A DNA stretch of 64,000 nt from an uncultured Bacteroidota bacterium (GCA_902509675.1 CABWYN010000003.1:3057-67056), one strand, 5' to 3'; numbered from the stretch's first letter, positions 30,282 through 41,150 are shown. The notes: generated by a model from the sequence alone, not told the origin. Numbers and translations: made by a program.

Positions 30282-31178
30282 TTATTTTTTTGCTTTTTTA
30301 GACTTTTTCTCCTCAACCACTTTTGGTTCCGCCTCAGATTTAGAAGTTTCTTTTTCCTCAACTACTTTTGTTTCAATCTTAGGAGTAGGAGTTTCTTTTT
30401 TCTCAACATCTTTTGTTTTTACTTCGGGGCTGCTAACTTCTTTGACAACAGTGTCTGTTTTCGAAGTAGTTTCCTCCTTGTCTTTAGATGAATTTCTTTC
30501 CTCAATACCTTCTAATACTGCAGAGCCAACATGTTCAAGAATTTTGGAAATTGATTTTGATGCATCATCATTAGACGGGATTACAAAATCAATACCGCGT
30601 GGATCACAGTTTGTGTCTACCATGGCAAAAATTGGTATATTTAATTTTTGAGCTTCTTTTACAGCAATTTTTTCTCTTAAAATATCAACAATAAATATTG
30701 CGCCAGGTAATCTGGTCATATTAGAAATTGAACCCAAATTTTTCTCAAGTTTATCTCTTAATCTTCCGATTTGAAGTTTTTCTTTTTTGGAAAGTGAATT
30801 AAAGGTACCATCTTGTTTCATTCTATCAATCGAAGACATTTTTTTTACCGCTTTTCTGATAGTAACAAAATTAGTTAACATTCCTCCAGGCCATCTTTCT
30901 GTGATATATGGCATATTTATTTTTTTGGAAGATTCAGAAACAATATCTTTTGCTTGTTTTTTAGTCGCTACAAATAAGATTTTTCTCCCTGAAGCGGCAA
31001 TCTTTTTTAAAGCTTGAGATGCTTCATCTAGCTTAGCAACGGTCTTGTAGAGATTTATTATATGAATTCCATTTCTTTCCATGTATATATACGGAGACAT
31101 GTTTGGATTCCATTTTCTTGTTAGGTGGCCAAAATGAACACCTGCTTCTACTAATTCTTTTACTTGATTTTTACTCAT
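30282..31178 (-). CDS. rpsB: 30S ribosomal protein S2 with a ~65-aa K/E/T-rich C-terminal extension
   Basis: ..LVEAGVHFGH.. core. The tail is KDKEETTSK...KVVEEKETSKSEAEPKVVEEKKSKKAKK. Confidence 0.95.
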   Translation of the reverse strand: MSKNQVKELVEAGVHFGHLTRKWNPNMSPYIYMERNGIHIINLYKTVAKLDEASQALKKIAASGRKILFVATKKQAKDIVSESSKKINMPYITERWPGGMLTNFVTIRKAVKKMSSIDRMKQDGTFNSLSKKEKLQIGRLRDKLEKNLGSISNMTRLPGAIFIVDILREKIAVKEAQKLNIPIFAMVDTNCDPRGIDFVIPSNDDASKSISKILEHVGSAVLEGIEERNSSKDKEETTSKTDTVVKEVSSPEVKTKDVEKKETPTPKIETKVVEEKETSKSEAEPKVVEEKKSKKAKK

Positions 31179-31277
31179 TTTTTTTAGTTTACGTTCTTAT
31201 TTTTAGCAATACTTAAGTGGTATAAATTTTATTTAAGCCTCAAGCATTTAGATGCTAAACTAACTTGTTGTTTTATC

Positions 31278-31667
31278 TTATCTCTTAGAGAATTGGAATT
31301 TCTTTCTTGCTTTCTTTTGTCCAAATTTCTTTCGCTCAACCATTCTTGGATCACGTGTTAATAAACCAAGTGGCTTAAGTAGAGACCTGTTATTTTCGTC
31401 AAGCTCACATAATGCTCTTGAGATAGCTAACCTGATAGCTTCTACTTGGCCAGTCATTCCACCTCCCTGTACAGTAACAGTCATATCAAATTTTCCTTCA
31501 ACATCACAGACGTTAAATGGTTGATTTAATTTGAACTGATGTGCAGATGTTGGGAAGTACTCTTTAGAGTCTTTAGTATTGATAGTGAATTTGCCTTTAC
31601 CTTTTTTTAAATATATTCTTGCAACAGAAGTTTTTCTCCTTCCAATTTTATGTGTAACTGTATCCAT
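31278..31667 (-). CDS. rpsI: 30S ribosomal protein S9
   Basis: C-terminal ..KKFGQKKARKKFQFSKR. The start overlaps the rplM stop by 1 nt (TAATG). Confidence 0.95.
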   Translation of the reverse strand: MDTVTHKIGRRKTSVARIYLKKGKGKFTINTKDSKEYFPTSAHQFKLNQPFNVCDVEGKFDMTVTVQGGGMTGQVEAIRLAISRALCELDENNRSLLKPLGLLTRDPRMVERKKFGQKKARKKFQFSKR

Positions 31668-32122
31668 TAATTTACTTTGTTTAAGTCAATGACTGAAGGT
31701 TTTTGTGCTTCAAATTTGTGATCAGAATCAGAAAAAACATGAAGGTTTCTAAACAGATTAGCTCCAAGTTTGTTCTTGGGAAGCATTCCTTTAACAGATT
31801 TTTCGATAATAGAATTTGGATTTTTCTGAAATTGTTCTGCGGCATTTAGTGATCTTTGACCTCCAGGGTACCCTGTATATCTCAGATATTTCTTTTGTTC
31901 CCACTTGTTTCCGGTTAGATTAATTTTTTTAGAGTTAATAACAATAACATTATCTCCACAATCAACATGGGGAGTAAAATTTGTTTTGTGTTTACCTCTT
32001 AATAAAATTGCAACTTTAGAAGCTAATCTTCCAAGGTTTTGGCCATCAGCATCAACAACAACCCAGTTTTTAGTAACCGTGTTTTTGTTAGCTGATATTG
32101 TTTTAAAACTTATTGTATCCAA
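31667..32122 (-). CDS. rplM: 50S ribosomal protein L13
   Basis: ..WVVVDADGQNLGRLAS..LRGKHK.. motif. Confidence 0.95.
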   Translation of the reverse strand: MDTISFKTISANKNTVTKNWVVVDADGQNLGRLASKVAILLRGKHKTNFTPHVDCGDNVIVINSKKINLTGNKWEQKKYLRYTGYPGGQRSLNAAEQFQKNPNSIIEKSVKGMLPKNKLGANLFRNLHVFSDSDHKFEAQKPSVIDLNKVN

Positions 32123-32161
32123 AATTCAATTATTTAAATTTTCATCTCTTAAAAGAGCATG

Positions 32162-32169
32162 CAAATCTA
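32162..32169 (-). promoter_or_regulatory. Candidate -7 promoter element (TAgaTTTG on the minus strand) for rplM-rpsI
   Basis: Exact TAnnTTTG match 39 nt upstream of the rplM ATG. Confidence 0.4.
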
Positions 32170-32234
32170 CAATTATATATTTTATTAGCAAATAGTTAAA
32201 GAAATTATTTTTTTCTAGGGAAGAATACAGTCTT

Positions 32235-34940
32235 TTAGTGTGCCTCAAGCCAATTTAACCCATAGTTTGAATCTACGGTTAACGGAACTTTTATTTTGAA
32301 CGCATTTTCCATTTCGAATTTAACCAATTCCATAAATTTATTTAGTTCTGGCTTAAATACATCAAAAACAAGCTCATCGTGAACTTGAAGTAACATTTTA
32401 CTTTTTAACTCATTTTTAATTATTTTTTTCTGGATATTGATCATTGCTATTTTGATTACATCCGCAGCACTACCCTGAACAGGGGCGTTAACTGCATTTC
32501 TTTCTGCAGCGCTTCTGACAATTCCATTTCTAGAGTTAATGTCTTTCAAATACCTTCTTCTACCCAAAATTGTTTCAACATAACCTTTTTCTCTTGCAAA
32601 TGAGATTTGATCAGAAATGAATTTTTTTAATTTTGGATATTTTATATAATATTTTTCTATTAAATCTTTTGCTTCTTTTCTGCTAAGATTAGTTTGATTA
32701 CTTAATCCAAAAGCTGAAACGCCATATATTATACCAAAATTTACAACTTTAGCATTAGATCGCTGCTCTCGGGTGACTTCTTTTATAGGAACATTAAAAA
32801 CTGCAGCCGCCGTTGAACGATGTATATCTTCATTATTTTTAAATGCGCTTATCATATTTTCTTCGCCACTTAATGATGCTATTATTCTGAGTTCTATCTG
32901 AGAATAGTCAGCAGCCATTATAAAATAATCCTTATTTTTGGGTACAAAAGCTTTTCTAATTTCTTTACCTCTTTCTGTTCGTATAGGAATGTTTTGAAGA
33001 TTTGGATTTATACTGCTAAGCCTACCTGTTGAAGCAACAGTTTGCGTGTATTCAGTATGAATTCTTTTGCTATTTTTAGAAATTTGTTTGGGTAAGGAGT
33101 CTATGTATGTATTAAGAAGCTTAAACACGCTTCTGAATTCTAAAATTAATTTAACAAATGGATTTTCTTTTGATAACTCAGAAAGTATTTCTTCAGAGGT
33201 TGAATATTGACCTGTTTTAGTTTTTTTTGGATTTTTACTGATTTTCATCTTATCAAATAATATTTCTCCTAATTGCTTCGGAGACGAAATATTAAATTCT
33301 ACCCCAGCTTCAGCATGTATTTTCTTAGCTAAATCATCAACATAACCCTTGGTTTTTTCTGATAATCTATTTAAAAATTTAACATCTAAATTAATTCCTT
33401 CATTTTCCATTAGGGCTAGTGTTTTCAAAAGAGGAATTTCAATCTTTTTAAATAGGTTAATTTGATTGTATTTTTCAAGATCTTTTTCTAAGAGAGGTTT
33501 AAGTTGATAGATTATACTTGATATTTCTTTAACTGCTAATTCAGAAGGTTTTTTATCAAAATTTATATTCAGGTAATTTTTAGCTAGACTCGTTAAATCG
33601 TGACTAATATCGGGGTTAATTAGGTAGTGAGCTAGTTTTACGTCAAATAGCTCTCCCTCCAAACTAATTTTGTTCTTTTGAAGCAGCTTGATATCACGTT
33701 TTATATCATCTGATATTTTGATAATATTTTTGTCTTCAAAAAATAATTTTAGGATCTTGACAAAATCTTTATTTTCACTTTCAACAGAGTATATTATATT
33801 TTTTCCCCAACAAAATGATATCACTTTTAAATCATTTTTCTCTCTTAATAAGCTGTAACCAATACTTTTTTGAATTTTTAGCCTGTCTGTTAATAAACGA
33901 AGTGAAGTATTCGATGTTATTTTTTGGTCAATTAATTTGTTTTCGGTAATTTTTTTTTCATCAGTTGGGGTTTCAAAAAGATTGAATTGACCATGACCAG
34001 CATTTTCTATTATTACCTCTTCTTTTATCTCATCTCGTTTTTCAATTTTGTCTTCATCCAGTGAAAAGATTGTTCGAACGGATGAGCTAAGCCTTCTAAA
34101 TTCTAAAAAGTCAAAAATTTCTTGAATTTTATTTAAACTTTGAACCTCCAATTTAAATTGCTCAATTTTAAATTCGATTGGAACGTCAGTAATAATAGTA
34201 GCCAATTTTTTTGATAAAATACCTAGTTCTTTATTGGCTTCAATTTTTTCTTTAATCTTTCCTTTGAGCTCATGGGTATTATTTAATAAATTTTCAATTG
34301 ACCCGTACTCCTTTAAAAATTTTTTTGCTGTTTTATCTCCAACTCCAGGTAATCCAGGAATATTATCTACAGAGTCTCCCTTCATAGCTAGAAAATCAAT
34401 AACCTGAGCAGTATTAGAAATTTCAAATTTTTCTAATACTTCCTGTATTCCCCAGGTTTCGTATCCACCTCCAAAAACAGGGCGGTACATAAAGATGTTT
34501 TCGTCAACAAGTTGGGCGAAATCCTTGTCTGGAGTAACCATGAATGTTTTAAAGTTTTCTTCTTTAGCTTTTTTTGCAATAGTACCAATAATATCATCTG
34601 CCTCATATCCGCTTTTTACTAAAATGGATATGTTTAAAGCCTTTAAAATATCTTCAATAATTGGGACAGCTATCTTTATTCCCTCAGGTGTCTCATCTCT
34701 ATTTGCTTTATAATCTTCAAAAATTTCAATTCTATCTTGACTACCCCCTTTGTCAAAGCAAACTGCTAAATACTCTGGTTTTTCACGTTTTATAACGTCA
34801 AATAACGAATTTGTAAAGCCTAGAATTGCGGATGTGTCTAATCCTTTTGAATTAATTCTGGGATTTTTAATAAAAGCATAATATCCCCGAAAAATTAAAG
34901 CATATGCATCAATGAGAAAAAGACGTTTTTTATCACTCAT
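32235..34940 (-). CDS. polA: DNA polymerase I
   Basis: 5'-nuclease N-terminus (LFLIDAYALIFRGYYAF). Pol motifs DYSQIELRI, RSNAKVVNFGIIYG and QVHDEL. Confidence 0.95.
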   Translation of the reverse strand: MSDKKRLFLIDAYALIFRGYYAFIKNPRINSKGLDTSAILGFTNSLFDVIKREKPEYLAVCFDKGGSQDRIEIFEDYKANRDETPEGIKIAVPIIEDILKALNISILVKSGYEADDIIGTIAKKAKEENFKTFMVTPDKDFAQLVDENIFMYRPVFGGGYETWGIQEVLEKFEISNTAQVIDFLAMKGDSVDNIPGLPGVGDKTAKKFLKEYGSIENLLNNTHELKGKIKEKIEANKELGILSKKLATIITDVPIEFKIEQFKLEVQSLNKIQEIFDFLEFRRLSSSVRTIFSLDEDKIEKRDEIKEEVIIENAGHGQFNLFETPTDEKKITENKLIDQKITSNTSLRLLTDRLKIQKSIGYSLLREKNDLKVISFCWGKNIIYSVESENKDFVKILKLFFEDKNIIKISDDIKRDIKLLQKNKISLEGELFDVKLAHYLINPDISHDLTSLAKNYLNINFDKKPSELAVKEISSIIYQLKPLLEKDLEKYNQINLFKKIEIPLLKTLALMENEGINLDVKFLNRLSEKTKGYVDDLAKKIHAEAGVEFNISSPKQLGEILFDKMKISKNPKKTKTGQYSTSEEILSELSKENPFVKLILEFRSVFKLLNTYIDSLPKQISKNSKRIHTEYTQTVASTGRLSSINPNLQNIPIRTERGKEIRKAFVPKNKDYFIMAADYSQIELRIIASLSGEENMISAFKNNEDIHRSTAAAVFNVPIKEVTREQRSNAKVVNFGIIYGVSAFGLSNQTNLSRKEAKDLIEKYYIKYPKLKKFISDQISFAREKGYVETILGRRRYLKDINSRNGIVRSAAERNAVNAPVQGSAADVIKIAMINIQKKIIKNELKSKMLLQVHDELVFDVFKPELNKFMELVKFEMENAFKIKVPLTVDSNYGLNWLEAH

Positions 34941-35912
34941 TTATATTTTTTTGTCGTGGAAGAGAGACTTGATATTAGAATTTCCAGATTTGTCATATTT
35001 GGTCATGCTAAATCCTTCTTGAATAGCATAACAACCGGTTTCTCCGTTTTTGTTAATGGCGATATATCCAACTTGAAAATTTTTATAATTACTTTCGGGT
35101 TTTTTTACAATTCTTTCTATAGCAATTTTACAAGCTTCCGTTGGTGAATAGCCTTGCCTCATTAGTTCTACAACAAGAAAACTACCAACAGTTTTTAAAA
35201 CCTCTTCACCCAAACCTGTTGCAACTGCTCCTCCAACTTCATTATCAATAAAAAGTCCTGAACCTATGATCGGAGAATCACCAACTCTTCCCTGCATTTT
35301 ATAAGCAAGCCCACTGGTAGTGCAGCCACCACTAATATTGTTATTTTTATCAATTGCTAACATGCCAATTGTATCGTGATTTTCAACATTAATTATGGGT
35401 TTATATTTTTCATTTTTTTTCCAATTGATCCAGTCAGATTTGGACTTATCAGTTAAAAGATTCTCCTCGAAAAAACCCATTGAAAGAGCAAATTTTTTGG
35501 CACCGTCCCCAGCTAAAATGACATGTGGTGTCTTTTCCATTACTAATCTAGCAATTGAAATAGCGTGTTTTATATTTTTTAGATAAACCACAGAACCACA
35601 ATTCCCCTTGTGATTCATTATGCATGCATCCAAAGTTACATTTCCATCTCGATCAGGTAAACCACCAATCCCCACTGACTGCCCGTCTTTATTGGCCTCT
35701 TCAACTCTACAACCTTGTTCGATAGCATCCAATGATTCGCCATTTTTTATGAGAATATCCCATGCTTTATTTGTAGCATTTTTAACATCCCATGTAGCAA
35801 TTACTACAGGGTTAGATGTGGGTTTTATATTAGATGAAAAAGTTTTACTGTAGTTAAGACCTATCCCCAAGGTCGCAACTCCAGTACTTTTAATAAAACT
35901 TCTCCTATCCAT
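34941..35912 (-). CDS. Glycosylasparaginase / isoaspartyl peptidase family Ntn-hydrolase (N4-(beta-N-acetylglucosaminyl)-L-asparaginase-like), exported
   Basis: Twin-arginine-like MDRRSFIKSTGVATLG leader, HDTIG autoprocessing site and GAVATGLGEE. Its stop abuts the polA ATG with a 0-nt gap. Confidence 0.8.
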   Translation of the reverse strand: MDRRSFIKSTGVATLGIGLNYSKTFSSNIKPTSNPVVIATWDVKNATNKAWDILIKNGESLDAIEQGCRVEEANKDGQSVGIGGLPDRDGNVTLDACIMNHKGNCGSVVYLKNIKHAISIARLVMEKTPHVILAGDGAKKFALSMGFFEENLLTDKSKSDWINWKKNEKYKPIINVENHDTIGMLAIDKNNNISGGCTTSGLAYKMQGRVGDSPIIGSGLFIDNEVGGAVATGLGEEVLKTVGSFLVVELMRQGYSPTEACKIAIERIVKKPESNYKNFQVGYIAINKNGETGCYAIQEGFSMTKYDKSGNSNIKSLFHDKKI

Positions 35913-35915
35913 TAT

Positions 35916-37562
35916 TTAGATTAATTTTTGACTGCTTAAAATCTTTTTCGTGGTAACAGAATAAATTAATAGGAAAGCAAAACATAATACAGCAACCCAA
36001 TAAGAAGTAATAATACCAAAAATATCAGCTAGTTTTCCCTGAAGAGGAGGGATAATAGCGCCTCCTAATATCATCATAACTAGGAATGAGGATCCTTGTG
36101 ATGTGTATTTTCCAAGACCTGTGATACTAAGTGAAAATATACATGGCCACATTATTGAACAAAACAATCCACCTGTTAAAAAGGCGAATAAAGCAGTTTC
36201 TCCAGAACCAAACATTCCGATTAGCATAGCTATGACCCCTAGAGCGCTAAATATTGTCATAATTTTTATGGCATTATCTTTTGCAAGGTAAAATCCAATA
36301 ATTTGGATAATAATTAAAATTGAAAAAGTAGCTATTTCTGAACCAGTCAGGGGATTACTTAACGCGTTTACAGCGATTACAACTCCAAATGCAATAAAAG
36401 GCGTAATAAAGAGTAAGGCTTGTTTTAATTTTTTTGAAAGATCAAACGCACCAATTGAACCTGTCCATCTACCGATCATTAATCCGCCCCAGTATAAAGC
36501 AATATATTTTGCACTTTGAGCTTCATCTAAAACAGGAAGGCCAATAGCATTTAACCCATCACCTATGTCTGCCTTTAACAATTCACCAAGATTACTTTGG
36601 ATTGTAACTTCAACACCTACATAAGTGAAGATAGCTAACATTCCCCAAGCAAGTTGTGGATATTTTAATGCACCCCAGTTCTCAGGATTTTTTTGAGCTG
36701 ACGTATTAGCTAAAAATATAAGTGCAAAGACAAAAATTAAACAAATAACCGTTAAAATTAGTCTAGTCATTTCTAATGATTCTAATGCCTCATTTTCAAA
36801 AGAAGGAGTATAAGAATAAAAGATCCATCCAAAACAGCAGGTCATTACTACTGTCATAATAATTAACATATTTTTTGCTTTAGAAGCTGATTCAAAGGAT
36901 TCGTTATTTTTGGCATCAGGTAAATTTTTAGATACATAAAAAAATACAGCAACTAATAAAAAAGCTATGGCAACTGCAACGTATAGACCTTGAACTGAGC
37001 TTAACTCTATAGTATCCCAATCCACTTCAGTTGCAGATCCAAACAAAACAAATGCAATTAAAATAGGGCCAATAGCAGTACCAAAAGAATTTACCCCTCC
37101 TGCAAGATTTAATCTATTTGATCCCGTAGAAGGATCACCTAGTGATACAGCAAAAGGGTTAGCGGCAGTTTGTTGTAAAGAAAATCCTAGTCCAATAATG
37201 AATAGGGCCAGAAGAACGTAATAAAAAACTTGGGTGTCACCCTGTTCAGCGCCACTCACTGAAGGATACATGATTAAAGCTCCAAAAATTGAAATAATCA
37301 GACCGTAAATAATTCCTTTTTTATATCCCCAATTATTTAAAATATCTTTCTTAGAATAGCTAGACCATATAAATAAAATCAATGCACCAATAAAATAAGC
37401 TCCGTAAAAAGCAAATTCAACAAGCTGTGCCTGGAATTGATCAATTTTAAAATATGTTTTACAAAAGGGAATAAATACTCCGTTTGATGCACCAAAGAAT
37501 CCCCAGAAGAAGAAAACGGTTATTAATGTGTATAAGGCCGAATTATTGTTGTGATTTTTCAT
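35916..37562 (-). CDS. MFS sugar transporter, FucP / glucose-galactose transporter-like (long form, 548 aa)
   Basis: N-terminal ..FFFWGFFGASNGVFIPFCKTYFKIDQFQAQLVEFAFYGAYFIGA.. family signature. About 12+ TM. Confidence 0.7.
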   Translation of the reverse strand: MKNHNNNSALYTLITVFFFWGFFGASNGVFIPFCKTYFKIDQFQAQLVEFAFYGAYFIGALILFIWSSYSKKDILNNWGYKKGIIYGLIISIFGALIMYPSVSGAEQGDTQVFYYVLLALFIIGLGFSLQQTAANPFAVSLGDPSTGSNRLNLAGGVNSFGTAIGPILIAFVLFGSATEVDWDTIELSSVQGLYVAVAIAFLLVAVFFYVSKNLPDAKNNESFESASKAKNMLIIMTVVMTCCFGWIFYSYTPSFENEALESLEMTRLILTVICLIFVFALIFLANTSAQKNPENWGALKYPQLAWGMLAIFTYVGVEVTIQSNLGELLKADIGDGLNAIGLPVLDEAQSAKYIALYWGGLMIGRWTGSIGAFDLSKKLKQALLFITPFIAFGVVIAVNALSNPLTGSEIATFSILIIIQIIGFYLAKDNAIKIMTIFSALGVIAMLIGMFGSGETALFAFLTGGLFCSIMWPCIFSLSITGLGKYTSQGSSFLVMMILGGAIIPPLQGKLADIFGIITSYWVAVLCFAFLLIYSVTTKKILSSQKLI

Positions 37563-37802
37563 GAATTTATTTAGGTTAGTTATAAGAGTCCTAAAGTAAT
37601 AAAAAACAATTTTATTATTCGTTCCTCATTTTAAAGATTTTAACAAAATTGATTTTAACAAAAAGAATAAACTTGTAAATGCATTAAGAATTGAGATTAA
37701 CCCAAGGCTAATTATTCACTTTGGAGCAGAAGTGAAAAGGAGGCAGAGAAGTTAAGAAAACATAATATATCAGATGGATAGACTACAAGAATTTTTTAAA
37801 AA

Positions 37803-40800
37803 TTAAAGAAAAAGATCTAAATAATCATTAAATTCCTTCATTCGAGTTTCAAGGTATTCACCATCCTCGTAATTTATGATTACATCTACCAAGGATCTGT
37901 ATCTTTCAATATCTGTATAAATATCTTCTGCATATCTATTTTTATTCGAATTGGAAATCGAACTGTAATAGAACAAATTCTCTTGATATTTCACAGCGAT
38001 TTCATCAAAAATCTTTCTTGCTTTTTCTTTTTTATCAATTACGTAATAAGAATTAATCAGGGGTTCCACTAGAGTATAGTATCCAAATTCATTAACAGGC
38101 ATTTTTGTCATACATAAATCTAAAATTATCTCAGCCTCTTCATTTCTATTTTCTAGAATTAATTGGTCAATAAGTCTGGAAATATTACCCCTGTAAGTAA
38201 TACTGTTTTTCCTCGATTCAACATCATAATATATGTCAACTCCATCTTTCTTACCCCAACTCCAATTTTTAACCATAGATAACATTTTTTCAGAGTCAAC
38301 CATACCCATTTGATATGGATTAGATTCGTCAACGGTTGTTTTTATCGGAACTAATTTGTAGCACATTCCATCTAATTGTAAGTAGTCCTTCATCCAGATA
38401 TAATCTTCTTCTCCAAAAGCTCCACCGGTAAAATAAATTGGTCTTTCCCAATCATTTTGAGCAATTATATCAAGCATTATCAATCTGTTTTTATACAAGG
38501 CTTGAGATTTTATTTTTATAATAATCTCATCTTCAATTAAATCCAATTTTTCTTTATTTACAATATTATATTTAATAATATTTTCGGTATTTACAGGGAT
38601 TTTAACGTTCTCGGTTGGTAAAAAATTAGCATTTAAATCTTGGCTTCTTAAACCAGAAATATCATAACCTTGTCTTTTTAAAATTTCCCCGTATTTGTAT
38701 TCTTTATCGTCTTGTGTAATAAAATCTAAAAACACATCAACATCGATTGTATCTTGAGTAATTGCTTCTTTAATAATATAATCTCTTGTTCCATGTTTAT
38801 ATTTTTCGTGATTTAGACTAGAAGGTATTGGATTACTTTCATAGGCTTTTCTTTTCATTTGATCGATATACCAATCTGTACTTAGAAGACTTGTGTTTAC
38901 GATTCTTACATCCGTTCTTATTCCTTCAATTTCTTGCGCATACCACAACGGAAATGTATCATTATCTCCAATGGTAAATAATATGGCATTTTCATCGCAT
39001 GAGTTTAAGTAATTTACAGCCATTGAATAGGCGGTATATCTATTGCTTCTATCATGGTCATCCCAATTATTTAAGGCTAAATTCACCGGAACAATTGCCA
39101 AACACATTACTGAGGTTAGTACTGAGCTGTTTTTTAATTTAAATTTTTCAAGTAATAATGAGATGTAGTAGCATCCTAAGCCAATTATGATTGAAAAAAC
39201 GTAGAAAGAACCAACAACTGAATAATCTCTTTCTCTTGGCTCAAACGGTCTAACATTTGTATAAACCTGAATTGCAACTCCTGTAAAAACAAAAAACACC
39301 AAAAGAATCCAGAAATATTCTTTATTCACATTATATAAGAAATACAAACCAATTAATCCCAAAAGCAGAGGTAAAAGATAATAAGTATTTCTCGCTTTAT
39401 TATTTAAAACATCAGATGGAAGATTTTTTTGTGAAATACCCAAATTCCATTCATCGATAAAATTTATACCACTTATCCAATTCCCATTCAAATTCATTTT
39501 TCCTTGTATATCGTCCTGCCTTCCTGCAAAATTCCACATAAAATACCTTAAATACATATATCCAATTTGGTAGTCAAATAAATAATATAGGTTACTAAGT
39601 AAGGAGGGTTTTTGAATATCAAGGAATTGGCCGTATTGTTTTAAGAATTTTTCGAAATCCTCGTAATCAACTTCACCTGCGTCAATTCTATTTTGAAAAT
39701 CATAAACAAAATCTTTAACTCCAGGCTCGTTAAAATATCTTGACTTTATTTTAAAATCTAAATATCCGGTATAGTTTAAGTAGTTTTTAGCATGTTCTGA
39801 ACTCCACATTCTTGGTAAAATAGATGCATGTTCAGAATTATAATTTTGTATAGCGCCTTTATAATCATTGACAATTATGTATTTATTATTAGCCAAATCT
39901 TTTTCATATTTTGGATTATCGTCTTTGTAAGGAGTTTTTTTATCTAGACCAGAATATTGGTCCGTAAAAAGTGGTCCATAAAATAAATATGTTTTCGGAT
40001 ATTGTTCAAGGTTGTAATAAGCTAATAATTCTCTTGCATTTGACGGGTTATTTTCATTAACAACTACGTTTGCATTCGCTCTAATGGGAAGAATTAGCCA
40101 AGAGGAAAAACCGATAAAAATATATAAGAAACATAACGTTAATGTGTTAGCAGTAACTAGTTTTTTTCTAGAGGTGTAAACAATTCCATAGTAAAAACAA
40201 GATGCTAAAATTATAAATGCTGCTATTGATCCTGAGTTAAAGGGTAGGCCAAAATTATTGACAAATAACAACTCTATTGCACTGAAAAATTTCAGGGTGT
40301 TTGGTAGAATTAACTTAAAAATTCCCATTAAAATTAGAAGTCCAAAAATATTTGCAAGCAAAAACCCATAAACCTTATTTATTTTGAATCGATTTTGAAT
40401 CGATTTTTGATTTTTAAAATAATAAATTAGAACTATAGCGGGAATTGTTAAAAGGCCCATAAAATGAACCCCAAACGATAAACCAATGACAAAGCAAATT
40501 AGTAGAAGCCATTTATTGCCTCTATCATGATGCATGTCTTTTTCCCATTTAAGCCCTAAATAAAATAAAATTGACATGATTAATGTAGCCATTGCATACA
40601 CTTCAGCTTCAACAGCATTAAACCAGAAGCTATCAGTGAAAGAAAAACTCAATGCTCCAACCAGACCAGCTCCGCTTATCGCTAATTGTCTATTTATGCT
40701 GAGATTTTCAGTATCGGTTGTTATTTTTAGGAGAATTAATACAATGCTCCAGTACATAAATGCAATTGTAAGAGCACTACTAAATCCACTCATTAAATTC

Positions 40801-41040
40801 ATTATAAAGCCTATATTTTCATTTCCAAAAGCAAAAAAAAGAGAAAATAGCACCAAGCATTTGATACAATGGAGCACCAGGGGGATGTCCAACTTGAAGT
40901 TTTGATGAAGTTGTAATGTATTCGCCTGTGTCCCAAAAGCTTACAGTTGGTTCGGCGGTTGAAAAATAAACAAAAAAAGTAATCAAAAAACAAACCCAGC
41001 CAAGGATTAAATTTACCTTATTAAAAGTGTCTGATTTCAT
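37803..41040 (-). pseudogene. DUF2723 / TMEM260-like (GT117-type, GT-C fold) membrane glycosyltransferase homologue, split by a 1-nt frameshift in a homopolymer
   Basis: ORF 40819..41040 carries the conserved N-terminus (VSFWDTGEY..LQVGHPPGAPLYQMLG). ORF 37803..40892 carries the rest. Removing one base of the A8 run at 40833..40840 joins them into ~1078 aa (..GAIFSFFAFGNENIGFIMNLMSG..). Confidence 0.75.
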
Positions 41041-41050
41041 ATTTTTTTTT

Positions 41051-41058
41051 CAAATTTA
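41051..41058 (-). promoter_or_regulatory. Candidate -7 promoter element (TAaaTTTG on the minus strand) for the DUF2723 gene
   Basis: Exact TAnnTTTG match 10 nt upstream of the ATG at 41040. Confidence 0.35.
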
Positions 41059-41133
41059 TTAATAAAAATTTCTACACAATAGTAAAAATCAAACATAATT
41101 AATGAAATTATGTTGCCGATATAAAATTTATTT

Positions 41134-41141
41134 TAAATTTG
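41134..41141 (+). promoter_or_regulatory. Candidate -7 promoter element (TAaaTTTG) for tRNA-Gln
   Basis: Exact TAnnTTTG match ending 9 nt before the first tRNA nucleotide. Confidence 0.5.
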
Positions 41142-41150
41142 CATCCGCAA

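Noticed and set aside
30187-30651. 154-aa plus-strand ORF rich in S/T/F.
   Set aside because: It is the antisense mirror of the K/E-rich rpsB tail and the tsf N-terminus. Its composition is a complement artefact.
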